DNA of 62,449 bases from a virus. Lineage: Duplodnaviria > Caudoviricetes. The position numbers were made by a program, and so were the translations under genes. A model generated the notes under the pieces. The model was not told the DNA's origin. It was given only the letters and a program-made list of their open reading frames with translations, and did not search any database. The stretch lies in IMG/VR virus record IMGVR_UViG_3300020442_001526, positions 1-62,449 of that record. The stretch is one strand, 5' to 3'. Positions 38,749-50,339 of the stretch are shown piece after piece; within the stretch, counting starts at the first letter, position 1; every line of letters starts with the position of its first letter.

Positions 38749-40437
38749 CTACTTTTTATTACGTCCTGACTTCATGTTGGCACACCAGTGATACATTTTT
38801 GACTTCTCACCACTGCTGTCTTTTGCTTTTTTGCGTAGACTTGTTACTGAACCTTTACAACTTGCACCTGCACGTTTTACTCTGCCTGGACGACTTTTAC
38901 CTTTCTTTTTGCCGTCAGCAAAATTTTCTATAATCTCTGCTGGAATTACATCTCTGCCAACACGTTTTGCTTGATACACTCTGTGAAAACCATCAAGTAT
39001 TGTTTTGCCATCTACATCTAACAGTATTGGTTCATCTAAATCAACACCTACATCTGGATCAACATCTATTACTCTACTAAAACGGTCATCATGTGCTTCG
39101 TCATCTAAGTCTGCTACTTTGACTTTGATTAGTTTGGTCTTTTTGCCTTTGATATAATCTTTAACAGCAGGATTTAGATTTCTTTCATCTAATTGTTCCA
39201 GTTCATCTATAAATGGTTGTGGGTCCATATCCTGATTTTCAAACTCATCTATAAAGTTTCTCAACTCCATTTGGTATGCTTTCTTTAAAATTTCAGGATC
39301 TTCGTTGCCAGTAAAATTACTAAGACCTTTATGAACTCTATTCATATTGTCATCAAAACCATGCTCTTCTTCTCTGTCGTGGGTCATATAGTCCCAAACA
39401 TCTTTGAGCATTTTAACACCATTTATATTTACATACTCTCTTTTTATATAAGTGCCTGGAAAATTAATAACTTCTGCTTCTGACATTTTAGATTTTAGTA
39501 AATCTTTAAAATAGTTTTCCTGCATTACTGCTCTGTCACTTGTTTTATCTTTGAATACATCCATTACTTTTTCTATGTCTGCGTCAACTATAATTGCAGG
39601 AACACGTTTAATACCTAGTATATTAGCGGCATCATATCTATGATGACCATTTATCAAGTATCCTCTTCTATCTAGAATAAAAGGTCTGTCTGCTTTTTTA
39701 AGAAATACGTCTTCTGCTTTTTTACTTAATCCATCTACACGTTGAGTTTGTACATGTTTAATTTTATCTATACTGATTGTACCTTCTTTGTATTTTAAAT
39801 CTGATTTATCTAAATGTTTTCTTCTAATTTGTGGCAATTGGTTTCTATCAAAATGTTTATCACTAACACTTCTACTATAACTTTCTTCTATGCCTTTTCT
39901 TAAACGTATAACACCACAGGCAAGTCTTTCTCCTGCATTACCTGTTTTTAAACTTTCTTCATCTCCACCCAAACCTAAGTCATCTTCGTCTGCATGTATT
40001 ACCATTGCTCTGCCTACAACACTTCGGTCACCACTTAAATCAACACGTCTTGCAACAATTTTAAAACTAGCAATGCCTAATTCATTTGCAACAATATTGC
40101 CTAAGTCGCCTACATGCCCAATTGCTAAATCTCCATGGTCAACTCCGTCTGGATTGTAATGACCTCCAGCACTATCACAACCATCACTAAGGTCGCCAAA
40201 CTCATGAATATGTATTCCGTGTTTGCCAGGTGTAAGTCCTTTTATTTGTCCTCTGATTATTGTAGGTTTGTTTGGTTCTTGTTTTAAAACAATACCGCCT
40301 GATATATCACCTTCAACATGTTCTAATTGAACTACTGCTTTTATTATTTCTTCTGCTTCACTGATTGTGTTTAAAGACTCGCACTGGCAACTTTTTTCTT
40401 TTGTTCTAGGGCATTTTTTAAAATCTGTTATTCGCAT
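38749..40437 (-). CDS. sodC: Cu/Zn superoxide dismutase fused to two ParB/sulfiredoxin-like domains and a basic C-terminal module
   Basis: [37 protein letters not shown]; INGHHR and LDGFHR. Confidence 0.85.
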   Translation of the reverse strand: MRITDFKKCPRTKEKSCQCESLNTISEAEEIIKAVVQLEHVEGDISGGIVLKQEPNKPTIIRGQIKGLTPGKHGIHIHEFGDLSDGCDSAGGHYNPDGVDHGDLAIGHVGDLGNIVANELGIASFKIVARRVDLSGDRSVVGRAMVIHADEDDLGLGGDEESLKTGNAGERLACGVIRLRKGIEESYSRSVSDKHFDRNQLPQIRRKHLDKSDLKYKEGTISIDKIKHVQTQRVDGLSKKAEDVFLKKADRPFILDRRGYLINGHHRYDAANILGIKRVPAIIVDADIEKVMDVFKDKTSDRAVMQENYFKDLLKSKMSEAEVINFPGTYIKREYVNINGVKMLKDVWDYMTHDREEEHGFDDNMNRVHKGLSNFTGNEDPEILKKAYQMELRNFIDEFENQDMDPQPFIDELEQLDERNLNPAVKDYIKGKKTKLIKVKVADLDDEAHDDRFSRVIDVDPDVGVDLDEPILLDVDGKTILDGFHRVYQAKRVGRDVIPAEIIENFADGKKKGKSRPGRVKRAGASCKGSVTSLRKKAKDSSGEKSKMYHWCANMKSGRNKK

Positions 40438-43400
40438 TATCTAATTGCATATTGTGGCGATGCTTTCATTTGGTCATCATTCCACGAAATGCCTCCTGTA
40501 ACTTCTACTTTGCCTTGAGCAATAGCCTTAATCATTTCATCTCTATTGTTAATAATATAATAAGACCTTGTATTACTGTTTATGAATAATATATTTTCTA
40601 CATTGTCTTCTATGTTATAACTTTCATATGCCAGACCTGTGTAGTAACTCCATAGTCTTTGCATAGATAATGTACCATCTTCATTAGGCATTTTAGCAAC
40701 AATTTTTTCAAAATCAGGCACACGTTTCCAACCAGGCATTATACCTTTTATAACACCTAATAATAATTCTGTGGTTTTCTTTTTGTCGCTATATGGCTCT
40801 AAAACTTCATCATTTAAAAATTGAATACCTTTTGCATTAAAATTATATCTACTTGCTTGTTTACCAGCGGCAGATGTGTATTTCATAAATCCTGGTTCTT
40901 TAGCGGCTTCAGATGGATTTTTATTTGGATTTAGTTCTCCAATTTTAGGATAAATCTTTTTGATACCTTTTTCCAAAGGTCCCCAACCATTCGTTCCCGA
41001 ACTTATACCTTTACTGTTTAATCTAGCACCATATATGGAATTACCTACTTTTCCGCTTTTCAATCTTTTAAAGCCACTGCCTTTTAATTCGTACATTACT
41101 CCATCAATTTCTAAGTCACCATGTGATTCTGCTTTTTTAGCCGGGTTACCAAATATTGCAAGTCCCACTTCTGCAGGACCATAGTTACCACTTGTAGTAC
41201 CACCTGGAATAAATTCAAAAATATCACCTTTGAAATAACTATCAAAAATGTCTAATACTTCTTTATCTAAATTTCGATTGATATGGTCATCTATTTTACC
41301 TTCTTTAGCGGATACCAATGCCTTAGTATCAATCAGTTCACCGTTCATTGCATGGGTTAATAATTTACCTAATGCAACTAAAGATACTTTTTCATCTTCT
41401 TCAATTCCGCTGATAATACTGTTTAACTTGTCTGCTATACTGTTTTGTACTTTATTAAAATTAGATGCTTCATATTTGTCATCTGCAATACCTTCTGCTT
41501 TTTTAACTAATGCAACTACCTGTTTCTTTAACTGAGTTTTTGCTTTACGCATATCTATTTCACGTTGCTCGCCACCCATTTTAATTGCTGTGTCTATATC
41601 AACTTCTCTAGCAGTATAACTCATAAGTTCTTTTTCTAATTGGTCTATTTTGAGTTCTAATTTTTTAAGTTCTACATTTAATGTATTACATTTATCCTTT
41701 AATTTTGGTTGCAAACATGCCTGCTGTATATCTCTTTGCAATATAGCATGCCTAACAACTTGAGTTCTAAAATCTGAAACAAGTTGAGCAGGTGCTTCTG
41801 ATAAAATACTTTCATTGAGTTTTACTTTAGATTTTACTTCTTCAGGTAATGCACTAACATAAAATCTTAAAATATTTCTAGCACATGCATCATCACCTGC
41901 TTCTGCTCTCAGATTTCTAAATGAATCCAACATAGCAGGAATAGGAATAGCCTGAAATGCCAACATTTGTTTTTTAAGATCACCTACAGGAAAATGGTCT
42001 GCTAGTAATTTATTGATAATTTCAATTTTATTAAAATCATTTACACTTTCTTTCGCCATCTTTGTTGCTGTTGCATACATAACTGCTTTAGCATCTTTAC
42101 CATAACGTTTTTCAAAATCACCTTTGTTTTTCTTCATGCCTTTAACATATTTTTCCTTATCTTTCTTTTCATCTTTTGTTAAAGGGCGTTCTAATACTTT
42201 AGAGTTTTCTAATATTTGTATTTGTTCTTCTAAAGATAATTTGTCAAACTTATCAAATACACTTTCTCTGGAAAGCATACTGACTCTGTCACGTTCTGCT
42301 CTTTGTTGTTGATTTGCATAAAATTGTCTGCCTCTTGCTAAGTGGCCTTGAAAATCATTTGGTTCTTCACCTGCTAATTTTTCTTTCATCATGCTTTGTA
42401 AAACAGCCTTTTTGAAATCTTCATCATTGTCTGGATTTATAAGAAAATCTACCAATTTGTTTACGTCGGGTCTCAATATATAATTTTGCATACCCGAATT
42501 CATCATCCTTTCAAAATCAATATATTTGGATCTGACTTTTTCGTAATCTGCTTCTGTGGTTGTATTGGATCCTGATTGATTATTTGATGAGGGTTTACTA
42601 TACAGGCTACTGACATCGTCGCCATCACTTCCGTCTGCATTCTTTCTAAAATAGTTTCCACCACTTACATTGTAACTCTTTTTGATGTAATCGTATGCCA
42701 TCTTGACTGCGGCGGCCCATCTTTCTGTGCCTATTGCTTTTGGATCTTTTGGACGCCAGTTGTGGTCACTATCGTATTGGTCGTAAACTCTTTTTAGTAA
42801 GTTTACACCTTGGTCATTTACTCCACGTTCTATTTTTAAATAGTCTGCTAAATTAGTCCAATTTGTTTTATCAGCAACATCAGCCGATGCGGCACCTTCC
42901 ATTCCTTCAACACCACCTGCTCTAATTAAACTTTCTACACTATTATGTTCTTTTGCAAGTTGTTTTTCAAGTGCTTTGGCTTTTTTGCTTAATTCAGGAT
43001 TATTGGCATGCCAAGCCGCTGATGCACTAAATTCAAAAGGTTCTCCATATGGGCCATTAATATCTTCTCTAGGAAGTATAGGATCATCTCCTAACCCTTT
43101 CATACCCTCTCTGCCATCACCGTTTTCTTCTGTGAATTTAACACCCACTTCTTGTAATGCATCTTTGATGGTTTTTCCTTGACCAAATACTGCATTAATA
43201 TTTGAAAATTTTGCTTTAAGTGTTTCAAAATCTGTCCTATAAATACTATCAAACTTTCTTTTAATAACTGTGGCTTTAGATATTCTCCAACTGGTAGGAT
43301 TTTTTTGCCTATAAGGTTCGGCAAGAACTTTTTCAGCCTCCTGCATCATAAAATAATGAGATGTTGGTATCAGTATAGCACCGTCATATTGAGATACATA

Positions 43401-46400
43401 GTTGCTTCTAGACCATGAAAAATATTCTTTTACATCATATTGTCCTAAGTCACCATCTTTTAATTTCTGTATTACTTCATTATTGATTAAAATATCACCA
43501 CCAAATGAAAAACCAGGAACTTCTGCTAAATGACTCGCCCCATGTTTTTTCATAAATGTTTTTTGTTTTTTATGCAAAACTTTTTTCTGAGCAATATCAT
43601 CTGCTTGACTTGAAAAACCAACACTTTGTGAAAGTTTATCAAACCCTGTTAAAAATTGTTTAATTGCTGATACTCTGTCTTTGATAAGTTCTGGTAATCC
43701 ACCTATTTTATAAAATTTTGAACCGTGTCTATCTATATTTCTATAATAAGCATCAAATGATCCTCTAAGATAATTTTGAGTAATATCTTTTAATCTGCTT
43801 GCCATACTGCCGTCATATGGATCGTCATTATCCATTTCTCCTCTAACAATTTGATCTAACAAATTATTGATATTTGCTCTAGTTCTACGTTCAAGCCCAA
43901 AATATTCATACCCATCTGCTCTGTTTTCATGATCTGTACCTTTTAAATCAGGGAGTAGTTCATCTATGTTATCTACGTAGGCATCCAAACTGTTTGCTTG
44001 AATTAATTCGTCCCATAATTTTGCAATTTTTCTTAACATGTCAACATATTGTCCCATGTTATCTTGCTTGATTCTATCCAACTCATCCCAACGAAGCCTC
44101 ATGTTTTGCATCATTTTGCTGAGAGAATTTTCAATATAATTATCATCACCAGTTCTATCAGGGTTATGACCTTTTCCAACTGGGTGATTCCATTCTGGGT
44201 ACTTGCTTAAATAAGTTTTAAGTTTTTCAAATTCTTTTTTAATAACTGGATGCCCAGGTATAAAACTAAAAGCATTTTCTCTATTTGCAATTATTTGATA
44301 AAAATCTTTATATTCTCTAGTAACAGTTCTGCCTTTTAACTCTTCTAATTCTCTTGTTACTTGGTTGTCTTCTTGATCCATCCCTTTTGCTTTTGCAATT
44401 ACTTGTGCTAATTCCTCAAGTTTTTTTGAATCTTTAAAATCATCACTGTGAACAAAATTCCACATGCCTTTTATTATTGCTTCTGTATCTGGGCCTGATA
44501 AAAATTCTGGTGCTTGTATTATTTCTTTTTTAAACAATCTGTCTACACCATTCTTTAATCTACTAATTTTTAATTTAGGTTCTAGTCTACTACTATCCCT
44601 TGAGTTTCCAAAATGTAATGCATCTTTATTTTGAAGAATTAATTTACTTAACTCGTCTGAGGTCAATTTAAATCTAGGAAGTGTTTTTCTTAAAGCACCT
44701 ATTAATCTAACTGATACAGGTTTTCTGTTTTGATTTTGATTCAAATCATATCCTGCTTGTCCAATTGCTACAGACAATCTATCTTGAGCATTTTTCAAAC
44801 TTTGTTTTGCCCGTTCGCTAGGTGCTGTCCTCTCTGGTTCTAAATAACCTCTAAGTGGCTCTTGCTCTTCTAATGCTTCTCCCATCCAACTTGGATCTCT
44901 ACCAGTGTCCTTTTTAAATTGTGCAATACTTTGTTTCCATTTTTTATCTGCATCAGGTTGACTTAATTTTTCATATTCGTTGATATAATGAAACGCCGCA
45001 TTCAGTTTATCCATAGTGTCTAAGTAATGGTCTTTACCAAACATGTCTTTTAATGCATCAATTAAAGGATCATCAAGTCTTTCATCTTTTCCTCTTTCAA
45101 TTGTATCAGGATCAAGTTCATCTATTTTTCTTAAAATCCTAAACAAAGCATTTGCATAATCTTTAGAATATAATTTGTCACTGGCTGAGGCATTTAATGT
45201 TGTTGCATATCTAATAACTGCCTTAGTTGCTGTCTCAAATTCTCTGTGATAATCATCACCTCCACCTATTCTAAATTCTATAAGTTGATTGTTTGTGTCC
45301 CTATCATTTTGATCTTTAAAATTAATTGAACTAAATTTGTCTCTACTAATACCTTTAGATAAAATCTTTTCTATATCTTTGATATTTTTGACATTATCAG
45401 GATTTGATTTAAGTTCTGCGGCTCTTTTTTGCAATTGATCCATTTGGCTTTTAGCATAACTGTTTCTTGCTCTACCAAACGTGCTTAACAGATATTTGTC
45501 GCCTAATAAAACAGCAAGTTTGACAGGGTTAATTTCTTCTCTTTCTTCGCTGTCAATACTCATAGTAACATGTAAACCAGTTGAACTGTTTGTTTCCACA
45601 CCCTCATTATCAAAAAATTCAAATAATGATTTCATTTCTTCCAACATTGCTTTTGGTGTTTTGTATACCGGAGAAATAATTTCTGCTCCAGTGCCGCCAC
45701 TTGCTTCAATACTACTATCTGTTTCTACACGCCAAAAACTATTATTAGAACCATAATTGCTGTGATAATCACCATATTCTACATCTGTAAATTTAGAGTT
45801 TTTGTCTGCCCATCTTTCAATAATTTCAGAAACTTCTCGAACTCCGCCTCCTGAGCTAGGATTAGTTAAATAAATATCAAATTCATACAAACAACTATGC
45901 CAACTTCCATATTCTGAGTTAGCCCAATGGTCCATATCGTAGTCGTCTCTCGCAACCTCGACTGCTCTATCCATTGCTTCACCGCTATCTCTGATTTCGT
46001 CAGCAAGGTATTCTCTAAATTCATCTAGCAATTCTTCTTCAACATATTGACGACCCCAGTTCAAAAAATCCCAGTCTTCGTACTCATCATGTTGATCTTC
46101 TGGTAAATCATCTAATATTCTTTCTTTGTAATCTTCTATGTCATCTTCGCTGATTTCGTCTTCTATATATGAATTAAGGTAGTGTTCGTCTTCTTCTCTT
46201 TCGGATACCATTTCCCAAATAATATCACTTTCATCTTCTGATGCTTTATCTAAGATAAATTCTTCGTATGCATCTTCTATATTTTGAACACCACTACTAC
46301 CTTCTTGGTCACGAACAAAATCTTCAATGTCATACCAGTTGTATTCGTACAACCAATCTTCATCTTCGTCATCTGGGTAAATATTATCCCAAACTGTTTC

Positions 46401-47018
46401 TGCTTCAAATCCACATTTGATTGCTGAGTTTAATGCTGAAGTGGCTATTTCTTTTTTGTTGAAATTTATTTCGAATATTGCTTCTTCGCCTTGTTCACGT
46501 AATTTGAATTTTCTAGAAAGTTTCTTTAATTTCTTTTTAATCTTGTTTGCTTTGGCTAATTTTAATTTTGAAGATGACGATTTATTTAATTTTCCTAGTT
46601 TACTTTCTTCTACATCTACATATACTTCATCTTGAGGATCTACTAAAGTGTATTCACCTTTTGGGTCTTGTACTACAACTTTATCTGGGTTTGGGTTGTC
46701 TCCTACTTTGCTGACAACTTTACCTAAGACTTCTCCTTTTTCATCTTTGTATTCTGAGTCTACTTCTATTTCACCTGCTTTGATAGGAGTAAATTTTGGT
46801 TGTTCTTGTTCTGGCTCTTTAACATCTAGTCCAGGTGTAGTTGTAGGACTGCCTAAATCTTTTTTGGGTGGAGTTTTTTTGTTTACAGTAGGACTTTTTA
46901 CAGCATTTGCTTTAGCATTTGAACCCGTTTGTTGTTGTGATGTAGGCGTACTTGCGCCTGGCTTCATACCATACTCTGTTAAAACAGACTCTAATGTTCT
47001 AACGTCTTTAAATTTCAT
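40437..47018 (-). CDS. 2193-aa modular protein with amidoligase (COOH-NH2 ligase) domain and C-terminal PD-(D/E)XK-like domain
   Basis: GFEAE, VETDSSI, AEIISP, STGLHVT, SINF, IEFR; GPAE...GDLEIDG..YELKG. Confidence 0.75.
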   Translation of the reverse strand: MKFKDVRTLESVLTEYGMKPGASTPTSQQQTGSNAKANAVKSPTVNKKTPPKKDLGSPTTTPGLDVKEPEQEQPKFTPIKAGEIEVDSEYKDEKGEVLGKVVSKVGDNPNPDKVVVQDPKGEYTLVDPQDEVYVDVEESKLGKLNKSSSSKLKLAKANKIKKKLKKLSRKFKLREQGEEAIFEINFNKKEIATSALNSAIKCGFEAETVWDNIYPDDEDEDWLYEYNWYDIEDFVRDQEGSSGVQNIEDAYEEFILDKASEDESDIIWEMVSEREEDEHYLNSYIEDEISEDDIEDYKERILDDLPEDQHDEYEDWDFLNWGRQYVEEELLDEFREYLADEIRDSGEAMDRAVEVARDDYDMDHWANSEYGSWHSCLYEFDIYLTNPSSGGGVREVSEIIERWADKNSKFTDVEYGDYHSNYGSNNSFWRVETDSSIEASGGTGAEIISPVYKTPKAMLEEMKSLFEFFDNEGVETNSSTGLHVTMSIDSEEREEINPVKLAVLLGDKYLLSTFGRARNSYAKSQMDQLQKRAAELKSNPDNVKNIKDIEKILSKGISRDKFSSINFKDQNDRDTNNQLIEFRIGGGDDYHREFETATKAVIRYATTLNASASDKLYSKDYANALFRILRKIDELDPDTIERGKDERLDDPLIDALKDMFGKDHYLDTMDKLNAAFHYINEYEKLSQPDADKKWKQSIAQFKKDTGRDPSWMGEALEEQEPLRGYLEPERTAPSERAKQSLKNAQDRLSVAIGQAGYDLNQNQNRKPVSVRLIGALRKTLPRFKLTSDELSKLILQNKDALHFGNSRDSSRLEPKLKISRLKNGVDRLFKKEIIQAPEFLSGPDTEAIIKGMWNFVHSDDFKDSKKLEELAQVIAKAKGMDQEDNQVTRELEELKGRTVTREYKDFYQIIANRENAFSFIPGHPVIKKEFEKLKTYLSKYPEWNHPVGKGHNPDRTGDDNYIENSLSKMMQNMRLRWDELDRIKQDNMGQYVDMLRKIAKLWDELIQANSLDAYVDNIDELLPDLKGTDHENRADGYEYFGLERRTRANINNLLDQIVRGEMDNDDPYDGSMASRLKDITQNYLRGSFDAYYRNIDRHGSKFYKIGGLPELIKDRVSAIKQFLTGFDKLSQSVGFSSQADDIAQKKVLHKKQKTFMKKHGASHLAEVPGFSFGGDILINNEVIQKLKDGDLGQYDVKEYFSWSRSNYVSQYDGAILIPTSHYFMMQEAEKVLAEPYRQKNPTSWRISKATVIKRKFDSIYRTDFETLKAKFSNINAVFGQGKTIKDALQEVGVKFTEENGDGREGMKGLGDDPILPREDINGPYGEPFEFSASAAWHANNPELSKKAKALEKQLAKEHNSVESLIRAGGVEGMEGAASADVADKTNWTNLADYLKIERGVNDQGVNLLKRVYDQYDSDHNWRPKDPKAIGTERWAAAVKMAYDYIKKSYNVSGGNYFRKNADGSDGDDVSSLYSKPSSNNQSGSNTTTEADYEKVRSKYIDFERMMNSGMQNYILRPDVNKLVDFLINPDNDEDFKKAVLQSMMKEKLAGEEPNDFQGHLARGRQFYANQQQRAERDRVSMLSRESVFDKFDKLSLEEQIQILENSKVLERPLTKDEKKDKEKYVKGMKKNKGDFEKRYGKDAKAVMYATATKMAKESVNDFNKIEIINKLLADHFPVGDLKKQMLAFQAIPIPAMLDSFRNLRAEAGDDACARNILRFYVSALPEEVKSKVKLNESILSEAPAQLVSDFRTQVVRHAILQRDIQQACLQPKLKDKCNTLNVELKKLELKIDQLEKELMSYTAREVDIDTAIKMGGEQREIDMRKAKTQLKKQVVALVKKAEGIADDKYEASNFNKVQNSIADKLNSIISGIEEDEKVSLVALGKLLTHAMNGELIDTKALVSAKEGKIDDHINRNLDKEVLDIFDSYFKGDIFEFIPGGTTSGNYGPAEVGLAIFGNPAKKAESHGDLEIDGVMYELKGSGFKRLKSGKVGNSIYGARLNSKGISSGTNGWGPLEKGIKKIYPKIGELNPNKNPSEAAKEPGFMKYTSAAGKQASRYNFNAKGIQFLNDEVLEPYSDKKKTTELLLGVIKGIMPGWKRVPDFEKIVAKMPNEDGTLSMQRLWSYYTGLAYESYNIEDNVENILFINSNTRSYYIINNRDEMIKAIAQGKVEVTGGISWNDDQMKASPQYAIR

Positions 47019-47323
47019 CGTCTTCTACCACGCCTTAAGTTTGTACTTCTGTTTAAACTTCTTAATCTTCTTGATGCTGGATTTAGTCTTTTTGTTCTGT
47101 TTGCTTTTCTGCTGATACGTTTACCCATTCTTGCTTTTGTTCTTTTCAAGGTCATACGTTTTTTCATATTAATAGGTGCCGAACATTGTGAAGGCTTACT
47201 CACTACTCGCCCTTTACGTCTACCGCTAGTACACCTAACAGCACGTTTAATCTTCTTTCCCATTCTACGCCAAACCATTCTTGATTCGAGAATGTTCTCT
47301 TCAGTAATTTCTTCGTAGTTCAT
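47015..47323 (-). CDS. very basic protein with acidic leader (putative virion DNA-binding protein)
   Basis: MNYEEITEENILE followed by an Arg/Lys-rich body with RCTSG.RKGR.V. Confidence 0.65.
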   Translation of the reverse strand: MNYEEITEENILESRMVWRRMGKKIKRAVRCTSGRRKGRVVSKPSQCSAPINMKKRMTLKRTKARMGKRISRKANRTKRLNPASRRLRSLNRSTNLRRGRRR

Positions 47324-47324
47324 A

Positions 47325-47567
47325 TTATCCTAAAAAATTTATAATTAAACCAATTACTAATGCTACCAAAGTAGTAAAACTTGTGCCTACTATTGCCACA
47401 AGCCAGTTTTCTAATTTATTCAATCTTAACTTAGTGTCTTCTTTAAATTCTCTCAACTCAGTTGTAATGCTTTCTATACGCAACATATCAGCAATTATAT
47501 GTGCTTCTAGGTTGTCTTTATTAGCATAAATTTCTTTTTCAATTGGTTGTGGTTCAGTTTTTTTCAT
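47325..47567 (-). CDS. coiled-coil protein with C-terminal TM helix
   Basis: NLEAH...RLNKLE followed by a hydrophobic tail; start reassigned to 47567. Confidence 0.6.
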   Translation of the reverse strand: MKKTEPQPIEKEIYANKDNLEAHIIADMLRIESITTELREFKEDTKLRLNKLENWLVAIVGTSFTTLVALVIGLIINFLG

Positions 47568-47568
47568 T

Positions 47569-47973
47569 TTACAGTAAATCCTGTTTTGTAAATTCCATAT
47601 TGATACTGCTTTTTGTATCAACAGTTCCTGCGTTTAATACTACGCCATTTAACTCGTCTTGTAGTGTTGTAACTGTGTGCGAGCCAGGTTGTTCTGTAGC
47701 AAATTTAAAAATGTATCCTGCACCGGTTAAAGTTGGGGCACCATAATTTTCTAATAAATTTGCACCTGTGCCATTTAAATACACAGGATTATTCATAACA
47801 GTAGGCATTGCTCTTAACCCTATAACTTGCACAACACTTTCAAAATCTTTTTGAGAGTTATTGCTGTAATTACCGGTTACTGTAATGTCTAATGTTGTAA
47901 AAAGTGTAAAAAATTCAATATTACCTGTGAGGACTTCAACTGAACCCATTGCACCTGCTCTCTGTAAACTCAT
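47569..47973 (-). CDS. small structural protein (paralog family)
   Basis: GGAG RBS, late promoter at 47995-48002; weak similarity to the next two genes. Confidence 0.6.
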   Translation of the reverse strand: MSLQRAGAMGSVEVLTGNIEFFTLFTTLDITVTGNYSNNSQKDFESVVQVIGLRAMPTVMNNPVYLNGTGANLLENYGAPTLTGAGYIFKFATEQPGSHTVTTLQDELNGVVLNAGTVDTKSSINMEFTKQDLL

Positions 47974-48037
47974 GTGTGTCTCCGTATATTGTACTATTTA
48001 TCACTATTGGTATTTTTTGCTTACAGGAACGACAGCC

Positions 48038-48068
48038 AAAAAAAAGCACACCCGAAGGTGTGCTTTTT
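48038..48068 (-). terminator. intrinsic terminator GCACACC-TTCG-GGTGTGC-poly(T)
   Basis: Perfect stem, UUCG loop, U tract. Confidence 0.9.
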
Positions 48069-48087
48069 AAAAGTTATTACTTTTGAG

Positions 48088-48420
48088 TTACACTACTCTG
48101 TACTCACCTGCTGTTACAGTTGCGTTAGCACCTGAACCAGTAAGAACTGGTTGAATTGCCGCGAGTAAGTCAGCCGCAGAAGGTTGTCCTTCAACACCAA
48201 CGTGCATTACTGTTGCAGAAATGCTGTTGATTAAAACTGGTGTACATCTTGTAGACAATGCTTGAACAACTAATTCACCTTTGTTAGCCGCACCTGCTGT
48301 ATAACCAAATGAACTGATGTCATCTGTTCCGTCTACTTCGTCAATAATGAAATGACTAAGAGAACCAATTAGTAACTGACTGTTATCAAGTACTGCACCA
48401 TTTACTCTTGTTTGTGCCAT
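48088..48420 (-). CDS. small structural protein (paralog family), MAQTRVNGA...
   Basis: AGGAG before ATG 48420; own late promoter (48504-48511) and terminator. Confidence 0.65.
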   Translation of the reverse strand: MAQTRVNGAVLDNSQLLIGSLSHFIIDEVDGTDDISSFGYTAGAANKGELVVQALSTRCTPVLINSISATVMHVGVEGQPSAADLLAAIQPVLTGSGANATVTAGEYRVV

Positions 48421-48503
48421 GATAAACACTCCTAATTTGTTTAAGTATATCGTGGTCTAGTAACCACCGCCGTTTTTTTCTGTGATATACTATTGGTTAC
48501 TTT
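48421..48503 (-). promoter_or_regulatory. structured 5' leader with interleaved 8-bp helices
   Basis: AGTAACCA/TGGTTACT, AGTATATC/GATATACT, GTGGT/ACCAC, TAAACA/TGTTTA around the RBS. Confidence 0.5.
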
Positions 48504-48554
48504 TATTTATCCAAAACATGTGAAAAATATATTGTTTGATTTTAATAAATTCAT

Positions 48555-48583
48555 AAAAAAAGCAGACATAAAGCCTGCTTTTT
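48555..48583 (-). terminator. intrinsic terminator GCAGGC-TTTAT-GTCTGC-poly(T)
   Basis: Stem plus U7 just after the 48603 stop. Confidence 0.8.
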
Positions 48584-48602
48584 CTATTTTATAAGTTAAG
48601 AC

Positions 48603-48971
48603 TTATAGGACAAATGCTGTAACAGCCGCACTTGCTAAGTTGACTCCGTCAACTGTGCCTAATGCTTGTACAACGTCTTCCAAGTGAGCCGCTAAGGTTT
48701 CACTGTTAGTTCCGTCATAAGTGTCAGTTCCGTGTTCGCCTTCAAAGATAAGTTTAAGACCTTGTCCTGTACCACCGACGTCATTTACTGCACCGATTGC
48801 CAAAGGTGTTAAACCTTCGTTTTGGATTGCCTTCATAACTACATCTACTGTACTTCCAACTGCCAATTTTGCTGAACAATCAGCACCAAAGTCAATTTGG
48901 ATACCTGCGAATACCTTTCCACCTACGTGTCCTGCGGCAACTGCCGCGCCTGCGTTTTGAGTCTGTGCCAT
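48603..48971 (-). CDS. small structural protein (paralog family), MAQTQNAGA...
   Basis: AGGAG RBS, late promoter at 49018-49025, Ala/Gly-rich, LEDVVQALGTVDG. Confidence 0.65.
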   Translation of the reverse strand: MAQTQNAGAAVAAGHVGGKVFAGIQIDFGADCSAKLAVGSTVDVVMKAIQNEGLTPLAIGAVNDVGGTGQGLKLIFEGEHGTDTYDGTNSETLAAHLEDVVQALGTVDGVNLASAAVTAFVL

Positions 48972-49038
48972 TTTTTTTCTCCTAAAAATGTAAGGCTGTA
49001 TGCCTATTCGTTACATTTATTTATCAAAAAAACTGTTT

Positions 49039-49554
49039 TTAATCGTTAAATCCTTTGGATCTAGTCCTGCCTCTAATGAGTCTAGCAGTCTTTTGACCAA
49101 GACTACTACCAGTTTGTTTGCCTGTTTTTGCTTGTTTTACTCCAAGTACCTTGTCTGCTATATCTGATACACTGGGTAATTTTACATCTGGGCTTTTATT
49201 TCTATGTGTTGATTGGTTCCAACCTCTTTTAAGTTTTGTATCAGAACGTTCCCAATCCATGCCAGCACTAGAAAACTTTCTATCTTTTTTAGTTTTTTTA
49301 TCTACTGGGTCACCTTCTTGGTCAGAATGCCAATCACCAATTGCTTTATCAACAGCCATTCCAACTGTCATACCTTTACCTCTACCACTTGCATAGTAAC
49401 CTGCGGCTTTAGTAAGTGTAGCCTGCTGTGGGAGATTGACATATTTGTTCATAATTCTACCACCAGAACCGATTTTGTCTTCAAGTTCTTGCCTAAGAAG
49501 AGAATTTAAATCTTTCTCACTATCAGGGGATCTAATTATTTCGTTAATTAACAT
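49039..49554 (-). CDS. putative virion protein
   Basis: MLINEII leader; TATAAATA 5 nt before ATG. Confidence 0.55.
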   Translation of the reverse strand: MLINEIIRSPDSEKDLNSLLRQELEDKIGSGGRIMNKYVNLPQQATLTKAAGYYASGRGKGMTVGMAVDKAIGDWHSDQEGDPVDKKTKKDRKFSSAGMDWERSDTKLKRGWNQSTHRNKSPDVKLPSVSDIADKVLGVKQAKTGKQTGSSLGQKTARLIRGRTRSKGFND

Positions 49555-49562
49555 GCTAATAT

Positions 49563-50339
49563 TTATACCTTTTTACGCCTGCCACTTGCCCAGTAACCTG
49601 CTATTGCACCAATACCTGCACCTGTTCTACTGCTTAATTTGTTTCTAGTAAGTTTTGGTATAACCTTGCTACCAACATAAGCACCAGCGGCTGTGCCTGC
49701 CACTGTTTTTGCTACACTTCTATCTGATTTAGGTGCATCACTGTATTTTCTTTCTCGTTTCATTGCAACTAAATGTTCGAAGTTTTCACTACCCCTGCCT
49801 TTAATCCTTAGTTGCTGTAAAAGTTTTGAAACAACCAATTGTTTTTGACTGTATTTTAAATCTTTCCAATCAAGTATTAAACGTCTTAATTGTTTGTACA
49901 ATGAATTTTTAATACTTAATTGATTTTCTAACCTTATAAAGAAAGCAGATGCTTCACTTCTACTAGGTTCTACAGTACTCATTTTTTTCAAAAAATTATA
50001 ATATCTTCTATTTTGAAAATTTAATGATTTTAAAAAACTTTCTTCTTTGTTTTTAATATTCAAACTTTTATAATCAGGGTGATTAACTGCAAAAGCCAAC
50101 ATGTACAAGTCTGTTGAAGTAGTTCTAAAAACTGCAAAAGGTCCATACTGTACTGTCTTTCTTGCTACTGCCACTGCATAATCTCGTTGTTCTTTATCTT
50201 GTACGAACATCATTAACATTAATGTATTCAAATACAACAAGTCAGCAATGGTCCTACCTGTTAAATTACCAAAAGAACTGGTATATCTAAATAACCTGCT
50301 TTCACTTAATTCTTGGTTTATTAATTCAAAATCGTACAT
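49563..50339 (-). CDS. putative virion protein with C-terminal glycine zipper
   Basis: QELSE-SR leader; AGTAAGAYVG...GAGIGAIAG. Confidence 0.55.
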   Translation of the reverse strand: MYDFELINQELSESRLFRYTSSFGNLTGRTIADLLYLNTLMLMMFVQDKEQRDYAVAVARKTVQYGPFAVFRTTSTDLYMLAFAVNHPDYKSLNIKNKEESFLKSLNFQNRRYYNFLKKMSTVEPSRSEASAFFIRLENQLSIKNSLYKQLRRLILDWKDLKYSQKQLVVSKLLQQLRIKGRGSENFEHLVAMKRERKYSDAPKSDRSVAKTVAGTAAGAYVGSKVIPKLTRNKLSSRTGAGIGAIAGYWASGRRKKV

